A program made the position numbers and the translations under genes. The notes beneath the pieces are model-generated. The model saw nothing but the letters and a program-made list of their open reading frames with translations. It did no database searches and was not told the DNA's origin. From Terriglobia bacterium (GTDB lineage: Bacteria; Acidobacteriota; Terriglobia; JAJPHL01; JAPKYU01): 64,000 bases of DNA. The stretch lies in NCBI GenBank assembly GCA_965206645.1, contig CBDBKE010000002.1, forward strand, positions 480,001 to 544,000, written 5' to 3'. Positions 10,156 to 20,865 of the stretch are shown here, one piece after another. Each line of letters opens with the position of its first letter. Position 1 is the first letter of the stretch.

Positions 10156-11451
10156 CTATCTCAGATGATGATCCGCGAAATCCAGAAAGCGGCGCCAGTC
10201 GTAGAGCTTGACCGAATGACCACCGCGGCGAATGTGGTATCCCACGTCACTCTCGATGATCGGTTGGTCGGGTTGCGGAGACGCTTCCGACTCCAGACCT
10301 TTCTTACCTAGGAGTCGATACACCTCGCTCGCGTGGTGCGCGGACAAATACTCCCCGCGCGGGTCGGCCCAACGATCCTCCACCGCACTTGCGACGTAAA
10401 CCGGCCGCGGAGCCATCAACGCCAGCAACATGTGTTGGTCGACGGGCAAGTCGTCTTCGCGATTGACGAACTTCCGCGCGTTCCCGCAGAGCCAATACGG
10501 GAAGCGGCTGCTCATCTTCTCGAGCGTCTCGCCGATTCTCCGGCGCCAGAGCGCCGCGCCGCCGGCACCGGATTGAACCGAGATCACCAGGGCGAAACGC
10601 TGGTCCTGCGCAGCGGCCCACAGCGCCGCCTTGCCCAGCTTGGAATGGCCCATCAGCAGCGTCCGGGTATGATCGACCTCGTCGTCGGTCGCGAGGTAGT
10701 TCAATGCGCGCATCGCTCCCCATCCGCATGCGGCCAGCACGCCCCACTCGCTCTCCTTGGGGAAGCTCTGCCCTTTCTTGTAGAACAACCGATGGATGGC
10801 CTCCTTGGGGGGGCTCTCTTTTGCCTCGGGGTGGAAGAACCCCCAATAGGGGCCGCGTTGGAAGTCGACTTCGTTGTTCGCGACAAGGTCCTGATGATAG
10901 ACCGACACGAAGGCGTACCCGCGGTCCAAAATCTCCCCGAGAGGCAAACCGATTTTGAGCATCGTTGGATGGCTCGGATCGACCTCGAGAAATTCGGATG
11001 TGTTGTCAATGAAGTTCAGAACCATGAAGGCGGGGGCGGGCTTTTTCTTCTGGGCCGGCACAAAGACCAGAACTGTCATGCGCGCCTCGCCGTATCGGTT
11101 TCGAAAGCGGATCGACACCCGTTTGCGAACGGCCTTGCCGCCCATGAAGTTCCGGTCCACGGCCTCGATCGTGAAGTCGGTCTTGATCGGGTCGGCAGGC
11201 ACAGGCACGCGCCCATAAACGAGATTCGCGAATAAAGACAGGATCTGCGGACGCCTCACGTGCATCCACTCTTCCGCCGTCTTGATCTCGTTGCCTTCCG
11301 CCGAGCCCAGCAGCGCCGGAAGGTTGTAGGGGACGATCTTGCTCTCGTCGTAATTGACGTCGCTGTCAAGCTCCTTCAGTTGCTGGGCCGGGAGAGTGAC
11401 GGCCCACGCGCAGACCGCTAGCAAACCGAAACGTGAGAGAACCCTCCTCAT
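10156..11451 (-). CDS. CE15-family (glucuronoyl-esterase-like) secreted esterase
   Basis: GHSKLGKAALWAAAQDQRF, LPVDQH, WADPRGE, YHIRRGGH; signal peptide from MRRVLSR. Confidence 0.85.
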   Translation of the reverse strand: MRRVLSRFGLLAVCAWAVTLPAQQLKELDSDVNYDESKIVPYNLPALLGSAEGNEIKTAEEWMHVRRPQILSLFANLVYGRVPVPADPIKTDFTIEAVDRNFMGGKAVRKRVSIRFRNRYGEARMTVLVFVPAQKKKPAPAFMVLNFIDNTSEFLEVDPSHPTMLKIGLPLGEILDRGYAFVSVYHQDLVANNEVDFQRGPYWGFFHPEAKESPPKEAIHRLFYKKGQSFPKESEWGVLAACGWGAMRALNYLATDDEVDHTRTLLMGHSKLGKAALWAAAQDQRFALVISVQSGAGGAALWRRRIGETLEKMSSRFPYWLCGNARKFVNREDDLPVDQHMLLALMAPRPVYVASAVEDRWADPRGEYLSAHHASEVYRLLGKKGLESEASPQPDQPIIESDVGYHIRRGGHSVKLYDWRRFLDFADHHLR

Positions 11452-11461
11452 TCCAATCCTC

Positions 11462-12328
11462 CTATCCGAAGATCCTGCTGAAGCCTTCGAAAGACGCTCG
11501 GAACCCATCCTCAAACGTTCCCCCTTCGGGCCGATAAACGCTCTCAAACGACACTACCCCCTCGTAGCCGTCGCGCTCGAGAGCGGTCGCGAGGTTCTCG
11601 AAGTACGGCGCCATCTGACCCTCGCCGAAGCGGCATTGCGCGACCGTCGCCCTGGGAATGTCCACCCGACAATCCTTGATGTGCAAATGGCCGAGGTAGC
11701 CCCCGCGCAACGCTTCGTATCCGTCCGGATAGGCCGACTCGGCGCAGTAGAGACTGTTGCCCGGGTCCCAGAGAATCTTTAAATGGTCGCTGCCCATATC
11801 GTCGACGAGCTTGCTGCCGAGGTAGCCGGACGTGATCATCGCGTTGTTGCCCGTCTCGACGACAAGAGTGACTCCAGCATCCTCGGCCAGCCGGATGGCC
11901 GGCGCCAGCAACTGCTTCAGCTTGTCCCAGGCTCCGATGCTGACGTTCCAGACCTCGGCGCCGCCCGAACCGAACAGGATCATCTCCTTGCGGAAGCTCA
12001 TGATCCGAACCAAGCCGCAGTCTAACGCCTTCGCCATTTCGATACAACGCCCGAGCGCCGCCATGTGACGGCAGTGAGCTTCGTCGCCGACTTCGGTTTG
12101 CCCCACGAGCATCCCCGCGAAGTTGTGGCGGGAGATGCAGCAGACTTCCATCTCGTACTGCTCGATCAGGTTTTGCGCCCGCGCCATTTGCGCGTCGTCG
12201 AGATCTCCGACCTCCTTGTCCCACAGAAACTGCAGTTCGCCGTACCTCAGCCTGAACTCCTTCATGACTTCGAGTGCGTGTTCGAATTCGCGGCTGATAC
12301 TGTCGGTGATGACTCCCAGCTTCCCCAT
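11462..12328 (-). CDS. Sugar-phosphate isomerase/epimerase (xylose-isomerase-like TIM barrel)
   Basis: VETGNN, LWDPGN, HLHIKD and SFE metal-binding motifs. Confidence 0.85.
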   Translation of the reverse strand: MGKLGVITDSISREFEHALEVMKEFRLRYGELQFLWDKEVGDLDDAQMARAQNLIEQYEMEVCCISRHNFAGMLVGQTEVGDEAHCRHMAALGRCIEMAKALDCGLVRIMSFRKEMILFGSGGAEVWNVSIGAWDKLKQLLAPAIRLAEDAGVTLVVETGNNAMITSGYLGSKLVDDMGSDHLKILWDPGNSLYCAESAYPDGYEALRGGYLGHLHIKDCRVDIPRATVAQCRFGEGQMAPYFENLATALERDGYEGVVSFESVYRPEGGTFEDGFRASFEGFSRIFG

Positions 12329-12341
12329 GCCTCAGCCCTCT

Positions 12342-13232
12342 CTACCAAGTCACTTTCGTGCCGGCAATCTCCTCGAGCAATTTTACGATCGACCAATTGT
12401 CTTCGTCGGGAAACCTCGAGATTCCCGCCTGGAACAGCTCGTACGCGGCGCTAGTGGTAAACATGGCCGCGCCGGCGTCGCGCGCGAGACTCATCGTAAT
12501 GCCGAGATCCTTATACATCGTTCCGATATGGCTGCCCGTCCCCTTGAACCTGCGATCCATGATGAGACGCGCGGAGTTCTCGAACAGCGGGCTGCCGGCG
12601 GCGCTCGAACGGAATACGTTGAACAGCATCTCACCCTTGACGCCGGCCTTGTGGCCGAGGACGAGCGACTCGAAGATGGCCGCGAAGGTCGCGCCGATGA
12701 AAGCTTGCAGCGCGGCCTTGACGGTCTGGCCTTGTCCGATCTCTTCGCCAACGTGGAAAACCACTTTCGAAATGGCGTCAAGCAAGTCACGATTCGCTTC
12801 GAGGACGTCAGCTTTGGCGGCGGTCATCAGCGTCAGGGAGCCGCCCTCGGCCCCCGACTTTCCGCCGCTGACCGGCGTGTCGATCAGATGGACGCCCTTC
12901 TCGGCCAGAGGCGCTTCGAGCACTCGCACTTCGGCCGGCATGATGGTCGCCGAGACGATGACGGTCTTTCCCGGCGCAAGGCCGGCCAGCAAGCCGTCAT
13001 TCCCGATCACCGCATCGCGCACCTGGACGCCGTTGAGCACCATGACGAACATTGCGTCACAGGCCTTTGCCAGCTCCGCACAGTTCGCCGCGCGTCGCCC
13101 ACCGGCGGCCTCGACCGTGGCGAGTCGCTCTTCGCGCAGGTCGAAGCCGACCAGCGGAAATCCGGCCGCCAAGACGTTCTTTGCAATGCCTAGGCCCATG
13201 TCACCCAGGCCGACGACTCCAACAATCTTCAC
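12342..13232 (-). CDS. NAD(P)-dependent oxidoreductase, 3-hydroxyisobutyrate/L-threonate dehydrogenase family
   Basis: VGLGDMG, DTPVSGG, GQGQTVK, MYKDL; GTG start after GAGG. Confidence 0.88.
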   Translation of the reverse strand: MKIVGVVGLGDMGLGIAKNVLAAGFPLVGFDLREERLATVEAAGGRRAANCAELAKACDAMFVMVLNGVQVRDAVIGNDGLLAGLAPGKTVIVSATIMPAEVRVLEAPLAEKGVHLIDTPVSGGKSGAEGGSLTLMTAAKADVLEANRDLLDAISKVVFHVGEEIGQGQTVKAALQAFIGATFAAIFESLVLGHKAGVKGEMLFNVFRSSAAGSPLFENSARLIMDRRFKGTGSHIGTMYKDLGITMSLARDAGAAMFTTSAAYELFQAGISRFPDEDNWSIVKLLEEIAGTKVTW

Positions 13233-13347
13233 TTTGCTATCCTCGCTCTCCTGACCGGGCGGAGCCCGCACGGATAAGCTTTGAGAATAGACTAGTCCGA
13301 GGGTCTGCGGGCATGGAAGAATTGAGCTCCTGTACGTTGGCCGCAAA

Positions 13348-14352
13348 GTGTTTTTGACTCGTCATCGCGCCATCGCCTTTGTGTTTCTCGCGGTCACTCT
13401 CGGAGCATGCTCCGGCCGTGACTCTACGTACCGTTTCCGCTACGCCAACGCCCAACCGGTGCAGCATCCGCGCAGCGAGTCAATGGTGTTCTTCGAGCGC
13501 GAACTGGAGCGCAGAACGGACGGCAAGATCGAGGTCGAAAACTACTTTTCCGGCGTCCTGGGCAACGACCGGGAGATGATGGACATGGTCGCCACCGGCA
13601 TCTTGCAAGGCACTCGCGGCGGTCTGTTCCCCGACGCCAACCCCAAGTACAATCTCTTCCTGCTGCCGTTCTTGGTCGAGGACTGGGACCAGGCGCTGCG
13701 GCTGATCTACAGCGACTTCACCGCCCGCATCAACCGCGAAGCGCGTGCTAACGGCTTCCACATTCCAGCCTGCGGCATCTCCCAGGGCTTTCGCGCTCAC
13801 ACGACGAGCGTTCGGCCGATTCGGTCACCCGGCGATCTCGTGGGCCTCAAGATGCGCGTCCCACCGCAGGAGGTCTACGTCGTCACCGCGCAAGCCTTCG
13901 GTGAGAATCCGCAGGAGATCCCCTTCATCGAGGTCTATCAGGCGATCAAGGCCGGGGTCATTGACGGCCAAGACAACGCACCCTCGAACATCTGGGACAC
14001 GAAGATCTACGAGGTCCAAAAGCACATGTCCATCACCAACTACAGCACCGGCCCCGACCCCTTCATCGTCAATCTCGATTGGTACGAAACTCTGCCTGCG
14101 GAGCTGCAAGTTCTCTTCGACCAAGTCGCGGTCGAAGCGATCCGATACAGCGATCGGCTGAACCGCGAGAGCGAGGCTGATTACATCAAGCGGCTCTCCG
14201 ACGAGCTTGAGGTCAACTACGTCGCCGGCGAGGCGCTCGAGCAGTTCCGCGAGAAAGCGCAAGCCGTTTACGAACACTTCGTCAAGAAGGGGTACTTTAC
14301 CTGGGAGGAGATCGAAGAGGCTCGCCGCGTTGCGCGAGGGGAAGCTCCGTGA
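13348..14352 (+). CDS. dctP: TRAP transporter substrate-binding protein
   Basis: Lipobox LGAC; DLVGLKMRV, EVYQAIKAGVIDGQDN. Confidence 0.92.
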   Translation: MFLTRHRAIAFVFLAVTLGACSGRDSTYRFRYANAQPVQHPRSESMVFFERELERRTDGKIEVENYFSGVLGNDREMMDMVATGILQGTRGGLFPDANPKYNLFLLPFLVEDWDQALRLIYSDFTARINREARANGFHIPACGISQGFRAHTTSVRPIRSPGDLVGLKMRVPPQEVYVVTAQAFGENPQEIPFIEVYQAIKAGVIDGQDNAPSNIWDTKIYEVQKHMSITNYSTGPDPFIVNLDWYETLPAELQVLFDQVAVEAIRYSDRLNRESEADYIKRLSDELEVNYVAGEALEQFREKAQAVYEHFVKKGYFTWEEIEEARRVARGEAP

Positions 14353-14849
14353 CCGTCATGCAGTCGCTGTACAGGTTGGAGGCGGCTCTCAGCCGGGCGC
14401 TCGAGGCGGTGGCGGCGGTCTGCCTGTGCGTCCTTTTTGGGCTGATCGTGACGCTGGTCTTGTTGCGGTACCTGTTCAATACGGGCATCGTCGGCGCCAA
14501 CGAAACCGCGACGGTTCTCTTCGTCTACGCGACTGCCTTGGGAGCCGCCGTCGAGGTGGGGCGCCGCGAACACATCGCCGTCACGTTCTTCGTGGACAAG
14601 CTCGGCGAACGAGCCCGCCGGGCGGCCGCCGGTCTCGCCTTCGCGCTGGTCGCGCTCATCAACGGCGTCATCGTCTGGCAGAGCCTGCGTTGGATCGCAG
14701 TGACCGGCGGCTACCTGATGCCGGCCACGCAAGCGCCGCGAATCGTTGCTCAGCTCGCCGTCCCGGTCGGTTGCGGGCTGGCGGTCGTCTACTGTCTGAT
14801 CGGGATCGCAACGACGCTGAAGGGAGACCGCGGGACTTCCCGGGTGTGA
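14349..14849 (+). CDS. dctQ: TRAP transporter small permease
   Basis: Four hydrophobic segments, RYLFN, EHIAV; overlaps the dctP stop. Confidence 0.88.
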   Translation: MTVMQSLYRLEAALSRALEAVAAVCLCVLFGLIVTLVLLRYLFNTGIVGANETATVLFVYATALGAAVEVGRREHIAVTFFVDKLGERARRAAAGLAFALVALINGVIVWQSLRWIAVTGGYLMPATQAPRIVAQLAVPVGCGLAVVYCLIGIATTLKGDRGTSRV

Positions 14850-14853
14850 CGTC

Positions 14854-16131
14854 ATGCTGGTCCTACTCGTCGCACTGCTGATCCTGATCGCTTTCGGCGT
14901 GCCGGTCGCCTACTCGCTCGGGTTGTCCGCTCTCGTCTTCTTCCTGATCGACGACCCTGCGCTGGTCCAGGTCCTGCCACAGCGGCTGTTTGCCGGGATG
15001 GACTCCTACGCCTTGATCACCTTGCCTTTGTTCATCCTCATGGGGCTCGTGATGAACGCCGCACAGATCACGGCGCGTCTGCTCGAGTTCGGCTCACTCT
15101 TTGTCGGTCGTCTCAAAGGCGGACTGGGTCTGGTCAACGTGTTTGCCAGTATGCTGTTCGGCGGGATCTCCGGCTCGTCCGCATCCGATACCGCGTCGAT
15201 CGGTTCCGTGTTGATCCCCGAGATGGAGAAACGCGGCTACCCGCTCGACTTCGCCAGCGGGATTACGGTCGCGTCGTCGACAATGGGGATGATCATTCCA
15301 CCCAGCATCCCGATGGTGCTCTACGCGGTGGTGTCACAGGCGTCTGTCGGACGGCTCTTTCTCGGCGGTGTCATTCCCGGCATCCTAATCGGCGTCCTCC
15401 AGTTGGGCATGGTGGTGGCGATCTCTCGGCGGAGGGACTACCCGCGTGAAGAAGTCGCGCCGGGATGGCGTCACGCGATCCGGGAGACGGGCCGCTCGGC
15501 ACCAGTGCTGGCGATGCCCCTCTTCGTCGTCGGCGCGGTCGTTCTCGGCGTCGCTACCGCGACGGAATCGGCGGCCTTGGGGGTGCTCTACGCGCTGGCA
15601 ATCGGCTTCTTCGCGACCCGCGTGATGACGTTCGGTGCTTTCCGAGAATGCTTACGTCAAAGCGGGCTCACCAGCGCCAAGATCATGCTGATCATCGCCT
15701 TTTCGCAGGTCTACATCTGGGTCCTGGCGCTCGAGCGCGTCCCCGAGGCTGTCGCCGCCTTCGTCGTCGAGCTCGGTCTGGGGCCGACGGCGACGTTATT
15801 GGTCATCGGCCTGATAATCCTGGTCGCGGGGACGGTGATCGACGTGAGCCCAGCGATTCTGCTGCTGACGCCCGTCTTCCTGCCAGCGGTGACCGAGGCC
15901 GGCATCTCGCCCGTTCATTTCGGCGTCATCCTCGTCTCCGGCCTGGCCGTTGGCGCCTGCACCCCGCCCGTCGGCAATTGCCTGAACGTGTGCGCAGCGA
16001 TTTCCAAGCTCGGCATCGGCTCGATCTTTCGCGGCGCGGCTCCGTTTCTTGCAGCGAACGTTGCCGTCATGCTGCTTATCACGCTCTTCCCGAGCTTGGT
16101 GCTGTGGCTGCCGGCGGTTCTGATGGGATAG
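14854..16131 (+). CDS. dctM: TRAP transporter large permease
   Basis: GGISGSSASD, IIPPSIPM, TPPVG. Confidence 0.93.
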   Translation: MLVLLVALLILIAFGVPVAYSLGLSALVFFLIDDPALVQVLPQRLFAGMDSYALITLPLFILMGLVMNAAQITARLLEFGSLFVGRLKGGLGLVNVFASMLFGGISGSSASDTASIGSVLIPEMEKRGYPLDFASGITVASSTMGMIIPPSIPMVLYAVVSQASVGRLFLGGVIPGILIGVLQLGMVVAISRRRDYPREEVAPGWRHAIRETGRSAPVLAMPLFVVGAVVLGVATATESAALGVLYALAIGFFATRVMTFGAFRECLRQSGLTSAKIMLIIAFSQVYIWVLALERVPEAVAAFVVELGLGPTATLLVIGLIILVAGTVIDVSPAILLLTPVFLPAVTEAGISPVHFGVILVSGLAVGACTPPVGNCLNVCAAISKLGIGSIFRGAAPFLAANVAVMLLITLFPSLVLWLPAVLMG

Positions 16132-16521
16132 CTCTAGTTCCACCAAGGACGGTGTGTGCTCGGTTTCTCCTCCTAGCCTTCGTCTTGCGGGGAATGCTTC
16201 TCGCCCTCGGGCGGCCGACGCTGGACCGTCTCTTCTCAGTAAGCGCGTCCTGGAGCGAGCTCGGTTTGTCTTTCCTGTGGGCAAGCTGGCCCAAACTTTG
16301 GCACGGGGAAATGGGGGCTGGGGTGCCCCACCAACAACCCACCATTGCCCTCTGGTTTCGCGTCCCGCAACGTGGACGATTACGGCATGTCCTTCTTCCG
16401 TTGCCTCGTTGGCCATGGACAGGGAGAATCAACCGCACAACACTTGATTTCCCCAAGCCTCGCCGTCGAATCTATTCCTCTGGAAGCTGGCGAGATACCG
16501 CCTTCTCACCAGCAATGCCGG

Positions 16522-16705
16522 ATAGATCCCCACTAACGGCCTAGCGTTTATCAATCCCGGTTTCAGTTGGACGTATAGTCGGCTATCCGGACAAGTGACC
16601 CTCTACGCCCGCCAGGGTAGTGGGTCAGTTTCCGATAAGCGCGTTATACATCCAAGTAACCGGCGTGGCAGCATCGGTAAACACTAACCGTCTAGTGGGA
16701 CCTAT
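16522..16705. repeat. Back-to-back junction Y(-) X(-) hairpin X(+) Y(+)
   Basis: Y 16522-16555, X 16564-16597, hairpin 16596-16627, X 16625-16658, Y 16673-16705. Confidence 0.85.
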
Positions 16706-16762
16706 CCACCGAATCTGAGGTAAACGTCTTTTACTCATAGACTTGGGCTGAGTCGAAGCAGG

Positions 16763-17472
16763 CTACTCGACGGCAATGGTGACGGTGTTGGAGGTGACGC
16801 CGCCAATGGTTAGAACCACATCCACCGCATCCCCCGTGGGGGCGTTCTCCGGAACCTGCACGTTAACCTGATAGAGCCCCACGAAACCTGGAGCCAGGCC
16901 GGAGAAGGTCACGTCGGCGGCTATGCCGGCGATGTTCACCATCGGCAGGCTAACGGTTCGCGCCAGCGGCTCAGCGGTGGGTGCAACCTGGCCGGACTGG
17001 ACTTCGGGCTGTACCGGACCGAACCCAGTGCAAAAGATCAGGAGGAACTCGCCGGGCTGTGCGGGCGCACTGTCGTTGACTGGCTGAAAATCATCCGCGT
17101 GAAGAATTGCCCCTGGACCGGTACCCTGCTGGTTCAGCGTAAAAACACCCGGCGATACGGCCGCCATCCCAATCGGCTGCGCCGTGCTCGTTTCACTACC
17201 TCGTTTCACCTGCACCGTGACCGAACCCGTTCCCTCATCAGCTCGAACGGAACCTGCGCATTTATCTGCGTACCCGACACGAAAAACAGCGGGGCCGGGA
17301 TATTGTTGAAGGTCACGCTGGTATCCCCCAGCGTGGTGGGAAGAGGCACGTCCGATGCCACCTGGGTATCACTCGCCAGGTCCGTCCCAAAGATGGCCAC
17401 AATCGCGCCGGGAGGGATGGCTCCATTCGGGTCCGTCGCCGCCCGATTGGCGGTAGCCCGAAAGACCCCCAC
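16763..17472 (-). pseudogene. TIGR03437-type (Solibacter) C-terminal domain fragment, frameshifted
   Basis: PLFFVSGTQINAQVP and FSGLAPGFVGLYQVNVQVP lie in different frames; no N-terminus. Confidence 0.8.
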
Positions 17473-17693
17473 CGTGCGAACGGTTCACAAGCTGGCGCGG
17501 TCCCAAAAGGAAAGGAGAGGGAACCACACCCCAGTGGCGACCCGATAAACCTTTTGCCCGTCTCCGGAGATGGATGGCTCCGCGCGTGGCGGCATAGACC
17601 TTGGCGTGATCCCGATCCTGAATCCCACGCGCCAGGTCGTGCTGGCCGGAGTAATATCACATAGTTCACTGGGCAGTTCCGTGAGGTGGCGAA

Positions 17694-18487
17694 ATGACTA
17701 AGTTCCAGAAGAAATATGGTCCCTGGGCGTTGGTGACGGGCGCCTCGTCTGGCCTAGGCTCCGCGTTCGCGAAACTGCTGGCCGCGAAAGGTCTCAACCT
17801 TGTTCTCGTCGCACGTCGGGAGGATCGCCTGCGGGCCCTGGCAGACGAATTGCAGAGGACCGCGTCCGTTGAAACGCGGGTCGTTTCCGCGGACCTGTCC
17901 CGAGGTGACTTTCTTCCGCAGATCGCGGAGGTAACCGAGAGACTCGAGATCAATCTGTTAGTCAACAACGCCGGTCAAACGCTAACCGCCCATTTCCTCG
18001 CCAACGAGCTTGAATCCGAGTTAGGCATGTTCCATCTCAACTCTCGCACGCCTCTGATCCTGACCCACCATTACGGCAGGCTGATGCAGAGCCGCGGGCG
18101 CGGAGGCATCATCTTTCTGGCTTCGGTTGTTGGACGCCCTCGTGGAGCAACTACGCTGCGACCAAGGGCCACAACCTCTTGTTCGGCGAAGGTCTGGGTG
18201 AGGAGCTGAAGCGCGACGGCGTCGACGTGCTGGTCGTGTCCCCTGCGTTCATCCGGACCGAATTCATGACCCTGTCGTCCTTCGGCAGAATCCTCTCGCT
18301 GGAGCCGGAGGCCGTCGCCAAGGTTGCGCTGGCAAGCCTAGGGAAGAAGCGCGTTGTGACGCCGAGCTTGCTTCACAAGTTCATTGCTTTCTCAACCAGA
18401 CTTCAGCCGCGTTTTCTCAATACCAAGATCTTTGGCGCCGTCGTCTCGCGATCCCACGGCTCGGGAACCTCAACGGTTGGTGTTTGA
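17694..18487 (+). pseudogene. Short-chain dehydrogenase (SDR), frameshifted
   Basis: TGASSGLG and NNAG in one frame; YAATK and the C-terminus in another after about 18130. Confidence 0.85.
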
Positions 18488-18559
18488 GAGCGACACATAG
18501 GCGTCGCTGGCTAAGGCCCCGACGCCGCCGACACTACAAATCTCAAAAAGGAGAAGCCC

Positions 18560-19651
18560 ATGTCTGAGAAAGAACACATCCTGGTGACTTCCGCCGCAGG
18601 GCACACTGGTTCGGAAGCCGTTCTCCGATTGTTGGAACAGGGCTTCAAAGTTCGCGCGTTCGTCCGTCGAAGGGACGGCCGTTCCCAACGCCTCCACGAA
18701 GCGGGCGCTGAAGTTTTCGTCGGGAATCTTCTCGACATGCGCAACCTTCGTACTGCGCTGAAGGGTGTGCAGCGCGCTTACTACTGCCCGCCCATGGCGC
18801 CGAACTTGCTCCATGGCGCGATGCTCTTCGCCCTTGCGGCCGAGGAAGCAAAGCTCGAGGTCGTGGCGCTGATGAGCGGCTGGAATCCACATCCGAGTCA
18901 CCCGTCGATCATCACGCGTGAGCATTGGATCGCCAATAACATCTATCGGTGGATGCCCACGGTAGATGTCATCTACGTCAACCCGGGTCTTTTCGCCTTT
19001 ACATACTTCTTCGGCTTGCCCGCGGTCTTGCACTTCGGAATGTTGATGCTCCCCTTCGGCGAAGGACTGAACGCACCGCCTTCTAGCGAGGATATCGCCT
19101 CGGTCGTCGCCGGAGTCTTGGCGCGACCTGCACCGCACATCAGCAAGTGCTATCGCCCGACGGGCCCGAGCCTTATTTCCGGCCACGACTGCGCCGAGGT
19201 GTTTTCCCGGGTCCTCGGTCGCAAAGTCCGCTATCGAGACATTCCGATCCGAATGTTTCTCAAAGCCGCCAAGGCGCAAGGCCTCTCGAACTTCGAGATC
19301 GCTCAAATACGCCACTACGCTGAGGAAATTCGCGGCGGAACCTTCGCCATCGGTGCGCCCACAGATCACGTCGAGCAGGTGTGCGGGCGGCCCGCGGAGG
19401 AGTTCGAAATCACTGCGCGCCGTTACGTGGAACACCCAGAGTTGGTTATCCCCGGGTTTAAGGCGAGCAACAAGCTCGGAGCGCTCTGGCTCATGTTGAG
19501 AACCATGCTGACGCGGCCGCCAGACCTGGACCAGTGGGAATCCGAGCGCGGGTGCCCGATGCTGGCCGGGCCCGTGCTGGCTCACAACAGTAAAGAATGG
19601 CGCATTGCGGCTGAGCAGAAGCAACTTGCACTTCTCGAGCCGAGGCGTTGA
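18560..19651 (+). CDS. NmrA-family NAD(P)-binding protein
   Basis: ILVTSAAGHTGS; EDIASV...TGP motif. Confidence 0.85.
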   Translation: MSEKEHILVTSAAGHTGSEAVLRLLEQGFKVRAFVRRRDGRSQRLHEAGAEVFVGNLLDMRNLRTALKGVQRAYYCPPMAPNLLHGAMLFALAAEEAKLEVVALMSGWNPHPSHPSIITREHWIANNIYRWMPTVDVIYVNPGLFAFTYFFGLPAVLHFGMLMLPFGEGLNAPPSSEDIASVVAGVLARPAPHISKCYRPTGPSLISGHDCAEVFSRVLGRKVRYRDIPIRMFLKAAKAQGLSNFEIAQIRHYAEEIRGGTFAIGAPTDHVEQVCGRPAEEFEITARRYVEHPELVIPGFKASNKLGALWLMLRTMLTRPPDLDQWESERGCPMLAGPVLAHNSKEWRIAAEQKQLALLEPRR

Positions 19652-19811
19652 CGAGAATCAAAACAGCCAACCACCAGCCAAAGAGCCTTCGCACGACCGG
19701 AGCAAAGCCTCTCGCAGCTCGGCTGCGAATCCGTAATCCAAGAAAGGTGACCCAAGAGATGGCAACAGAAGATCCTATGAGAGTTTTTCTCGCCGACGAC
19801 GCTCCCGACGG

Positions 19812-20801
19812 CTAGAGCTGGATGCGGCTTCCTACAGCGCTCTGGACAAACGCGTCGGGGAACCGAGCGGCAAGGCGTTGCATAGCCTTCCAGCCCGTGC
19901 AGTGGGCCGGGACTAGCAAGGACGGGGAGAGGGTGGCGAGCCCGTCGACCGTCGAATCGATGATCGGCTCGAACATCGGGCCGCTCAGGTGGAAGCCGCC
20001 GATGATCGCGCACACGCGCCGCTCGCCTGTCAGCTTGAGTGCGTAGCGGACGGTGTTCACGATCCCGGCGTGCCCGCAACCGCTGATCACGACGAGGCCT
20101 CGATCGCGGAGCCTCAGGACGAGTGTTTGGTCGTCGAGGATCAACGGATCGGCCTGCCACGCCCCGTCGCGATGCGCCTCATGGCCGGGGAAGCCGATCT
20201 CGAACTCGGTCGTCCGATCGACCTCGCCAGTAATGAGCACCGAGCCATCGAGGAGAAAGGACGGGTGACGCTCCTCGACGATCTCAAAGCCGATGCCCTC
20301 CAACGCTGAGCGGCTCGGCGACGGCAGCTCCAGCGGATGGATGCCGGGGAACGCGAGCCGCCGCATGCTCCAGAACTCCGGATGGATGAAGACGGGCAGG
20401 TTTCTTCGGCCGAGTTCCTTGGCGATTCCCTCCATGCCCGTCACGTGATCCCAGTGACCATGACTGAGAACGATCAGCTCGATGTCGCGGAGCGAGAGCT
20501 CGAGTCGGTGCATGTTCTCGACGACGCCGTACGGGCTCACGCCCGCATCGAAGAGGGTCCGTTGCTCGCGGTCAGCCTTTGTGACCGTGACGAGGGCCGA
20601 GAAACCATGCTCGGCCACGAGCTGGGCGGGCGCTTCGACGCCGGTGAGCACCGCCGCCGGCACGCGGGGCCCCGATGCCATGCTGAAGAAATTCGCACGC
20701 TTGACCGGCCCGGCGTCCAGGAGCGTCGGATCCGTGACGTTGTCCATCAGCACCTGGACCGTGAGTGCATCGACAGGCTCGAGCTCGATCGGATCCAACA
20801 C
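19812..20801 (-). CDS. MBL-fold metallo-hydrolase
   Basis: AEHGFS, LSHGHWDH, GCGHAG, GGFHL, PAHCTG; start estimated. Confidence 0.85.
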   Translation of the reverse strand: MLDPIELEPVDALTVQVLMDNVTDPTLLDAGPVKRANFFSMASGPRVPAAVLTGVEAPAQLVAEHGFSALVTVTKADREQRTLFDAGVSPYGVVENMHRLELSLRDIELIVLSHGHWDHVTGMEGIAKELGRRNLPVFIHPEFWSMRRLAFPGIHPLELPSPSRSALEGIGFEIVEERHPSFLLDGSVLITGEVDRTTEFEIGFPGHEAHRDGAWQADPLILDDQTLVLRLRDRGLVVISGCGHAGIVNTVRYALKLTGERRVCAIIGGFHLSGPMFEPIIDSTVDGLATLSPSLLVPAHCTGWKAMQRLAARFPDAFVQSAVGSRIQL

Positions 20802-20865
20802 GCGTTCTTGGCTCCCCACGGCGACTACCGAGCGGCGCAGGTGGCGGCGCGCAGAGGCCTGGCCT

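Noticed and set aside
10304-13254. Long antisense or overlapping ORFs (e.g. 10333-11235, 12123-13193; also 39069-40478)
   Set aside because: Shadow frames of GC-rich genes with no recognisable motifs.
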